A stretch of 63,910 bases of DNA, counting the filler, from Octopus bimaculoides (taxonomy: Eukaryota): the NCBI RefSeq assembly GCF_001194135.2. It is 8 parts of 8 records of this genome, joined end to end, with 100 filler letters (N's around TTAATTAATTAA, not from the genome) between each part and the next. Parts side by side here need not be neighbours in the genome. Positions count along the whole stretch, not along the records: positions 62,868 to 63,910 come from NW_026375352.1; 7 more parts are not named here. One strand, 5' to 3'. Under the pieces are notes generated by a model. That model saw only the letters and a list, made by a program, of their open reading frames with translations, was not told the origin of the DNA and did no database searches. The translations under genes were made by a program, and so were the position numbers. Below, in pieces: positions 62,768 through 63,910 of the stretch. Every line of letters begins with the position of its first letter. The first letter of the stretch is position 1.

Positions 62768-63104
62768 NNNNNNNNNNNNNNNNNNNNNNNNNNNNNNNNN
62801 NNNNNNNNNNNTTAATTAATTAANNNNNNNNNNNNNNNNNNNNNNNNNNNNNNNNNNNNNNNNNNNNTATATATATATATATATATATATATAGATGCAT
62901 ATGTGGGTACAGGACATCACCCAAGGTGCAACTAACATGAGATACTTAAACAAATGAGTTAGATACGTAAACAACAAGAAAAAATTTGAAAACACAATAA
63001 GTAAACACCAGGAAAGGACCCTTCATCATTTGTCGGCTGTCTATCTACTCCTCATTTCAAGCATTCAATGACAATATGTGCCTTCAAAGACAGTTGATCC
63101 CTTA

Positions 63105-63140
<36 letters not shown>

Positions 63141-63800
63141 ACACACACACACTTATATACATATACATAGTACAAGACAAATGCTCAATATGCAACGCAG
63201 TGTGATTACTCTATTGCTACACACACACACAAAGTCACATGTATTTAGTCACTTTACATTGCTCTTTGGGCACACATCATCTACCACAGCCCTGGGCTGA
63301 TTAATGGTGTGTGAAATTTTGGAAATGCAACGTGTATCGAAGCTAGCCATTTGTATGTGTGTTTGTGTGTAAGTATTTCATTGTGCCTCTACATTGTCTC
63401 TGTAAGCAGATTTAAATTTATTGTGACAAAATATTTTGTTATCCAATGTTGTTGGCATTTTACTTGAGTCTAGTGGAATAAATAATGCCTTACTTGAAAT
63501 ACATGTAAGGTTTATCAAACAGGAAAGGTATCTGTCTATAGCATTGAAACTCAATAATCCCCATCAAATTCTTGCCTTCATGGACAAACAGAAGTGAAAA
63601 CAAGGAATAAGGATAATGATGAACTGTTCCAGATGAGGGTAGCAGAATGGAGCTACCTCATTCACCAAATACCAGAAGTTTCAAATAACGAAGGTGTAGC
63701 ACAGTCAATAGTGGTGCTCCAGCATGACTGCCGCTTTGAAACTGAAACAAGTTAAAGAGTTTTAAATATATATTACATGGGTAAATATATATGCATAATG

Positions 63801-63832
<32 letters not shown>

Positions 63833-63910
63833 AATCTCTTTCTCTCTCTCTCTCTGTTAATTTTCATATATATACATATATATATACATCATCATCATCA
63901 TCATCATCTA

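Noticed and set aside
63633-63660. Hairpin TGAG-GGTAGC/GCTACC-TCA preceded by CAGATGA
   Set aside because: Not followed by GAAA and the core is non-canonical; short ordinary inverted repeat.

Overview
AT-rich, heavily gapped eukaryotic genomic DNA saturated with microsatellites and interspersed repeats. The repeat complement points to an octopod cephalopod (Octopus; inference). I cannot identify any host protein-coding gene with confidence, and I see no rRNA, tRNA or CRISPR. Nearly all entries in the supplied ORF track are microsatellite or N-gap artefacts. The real coding remnants are transposon-derived: an R4/Dong LINE, a second RLE-type LINE 3' end, CRE, RTE, CR1/L2, L1/Tx1, Penelope GIY-YIG, hAT, Tc1, mariner and DD37D/maT fragments. 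The most notable unannotated signal is ten type I hammerhead-ribozyme motifs or remnants from six unrelated sequence families, of the minimal kind carried by Penelope-like elements (PLEs). Three of these loci carry inverted foldbacks, one being a 1.3-kb palindrome with an outward-facing hammerhead at each tip. Also seen: a 44-bp hairpin held by G.U pairs, a CpG-depleted domain (about 36.5-53.2 kb), a candidate recursive splice site, a 334-bp repeat relic and a head-to-tail SINE train. Repeat boundaries are read by eye and are approximate to within tens of bases.
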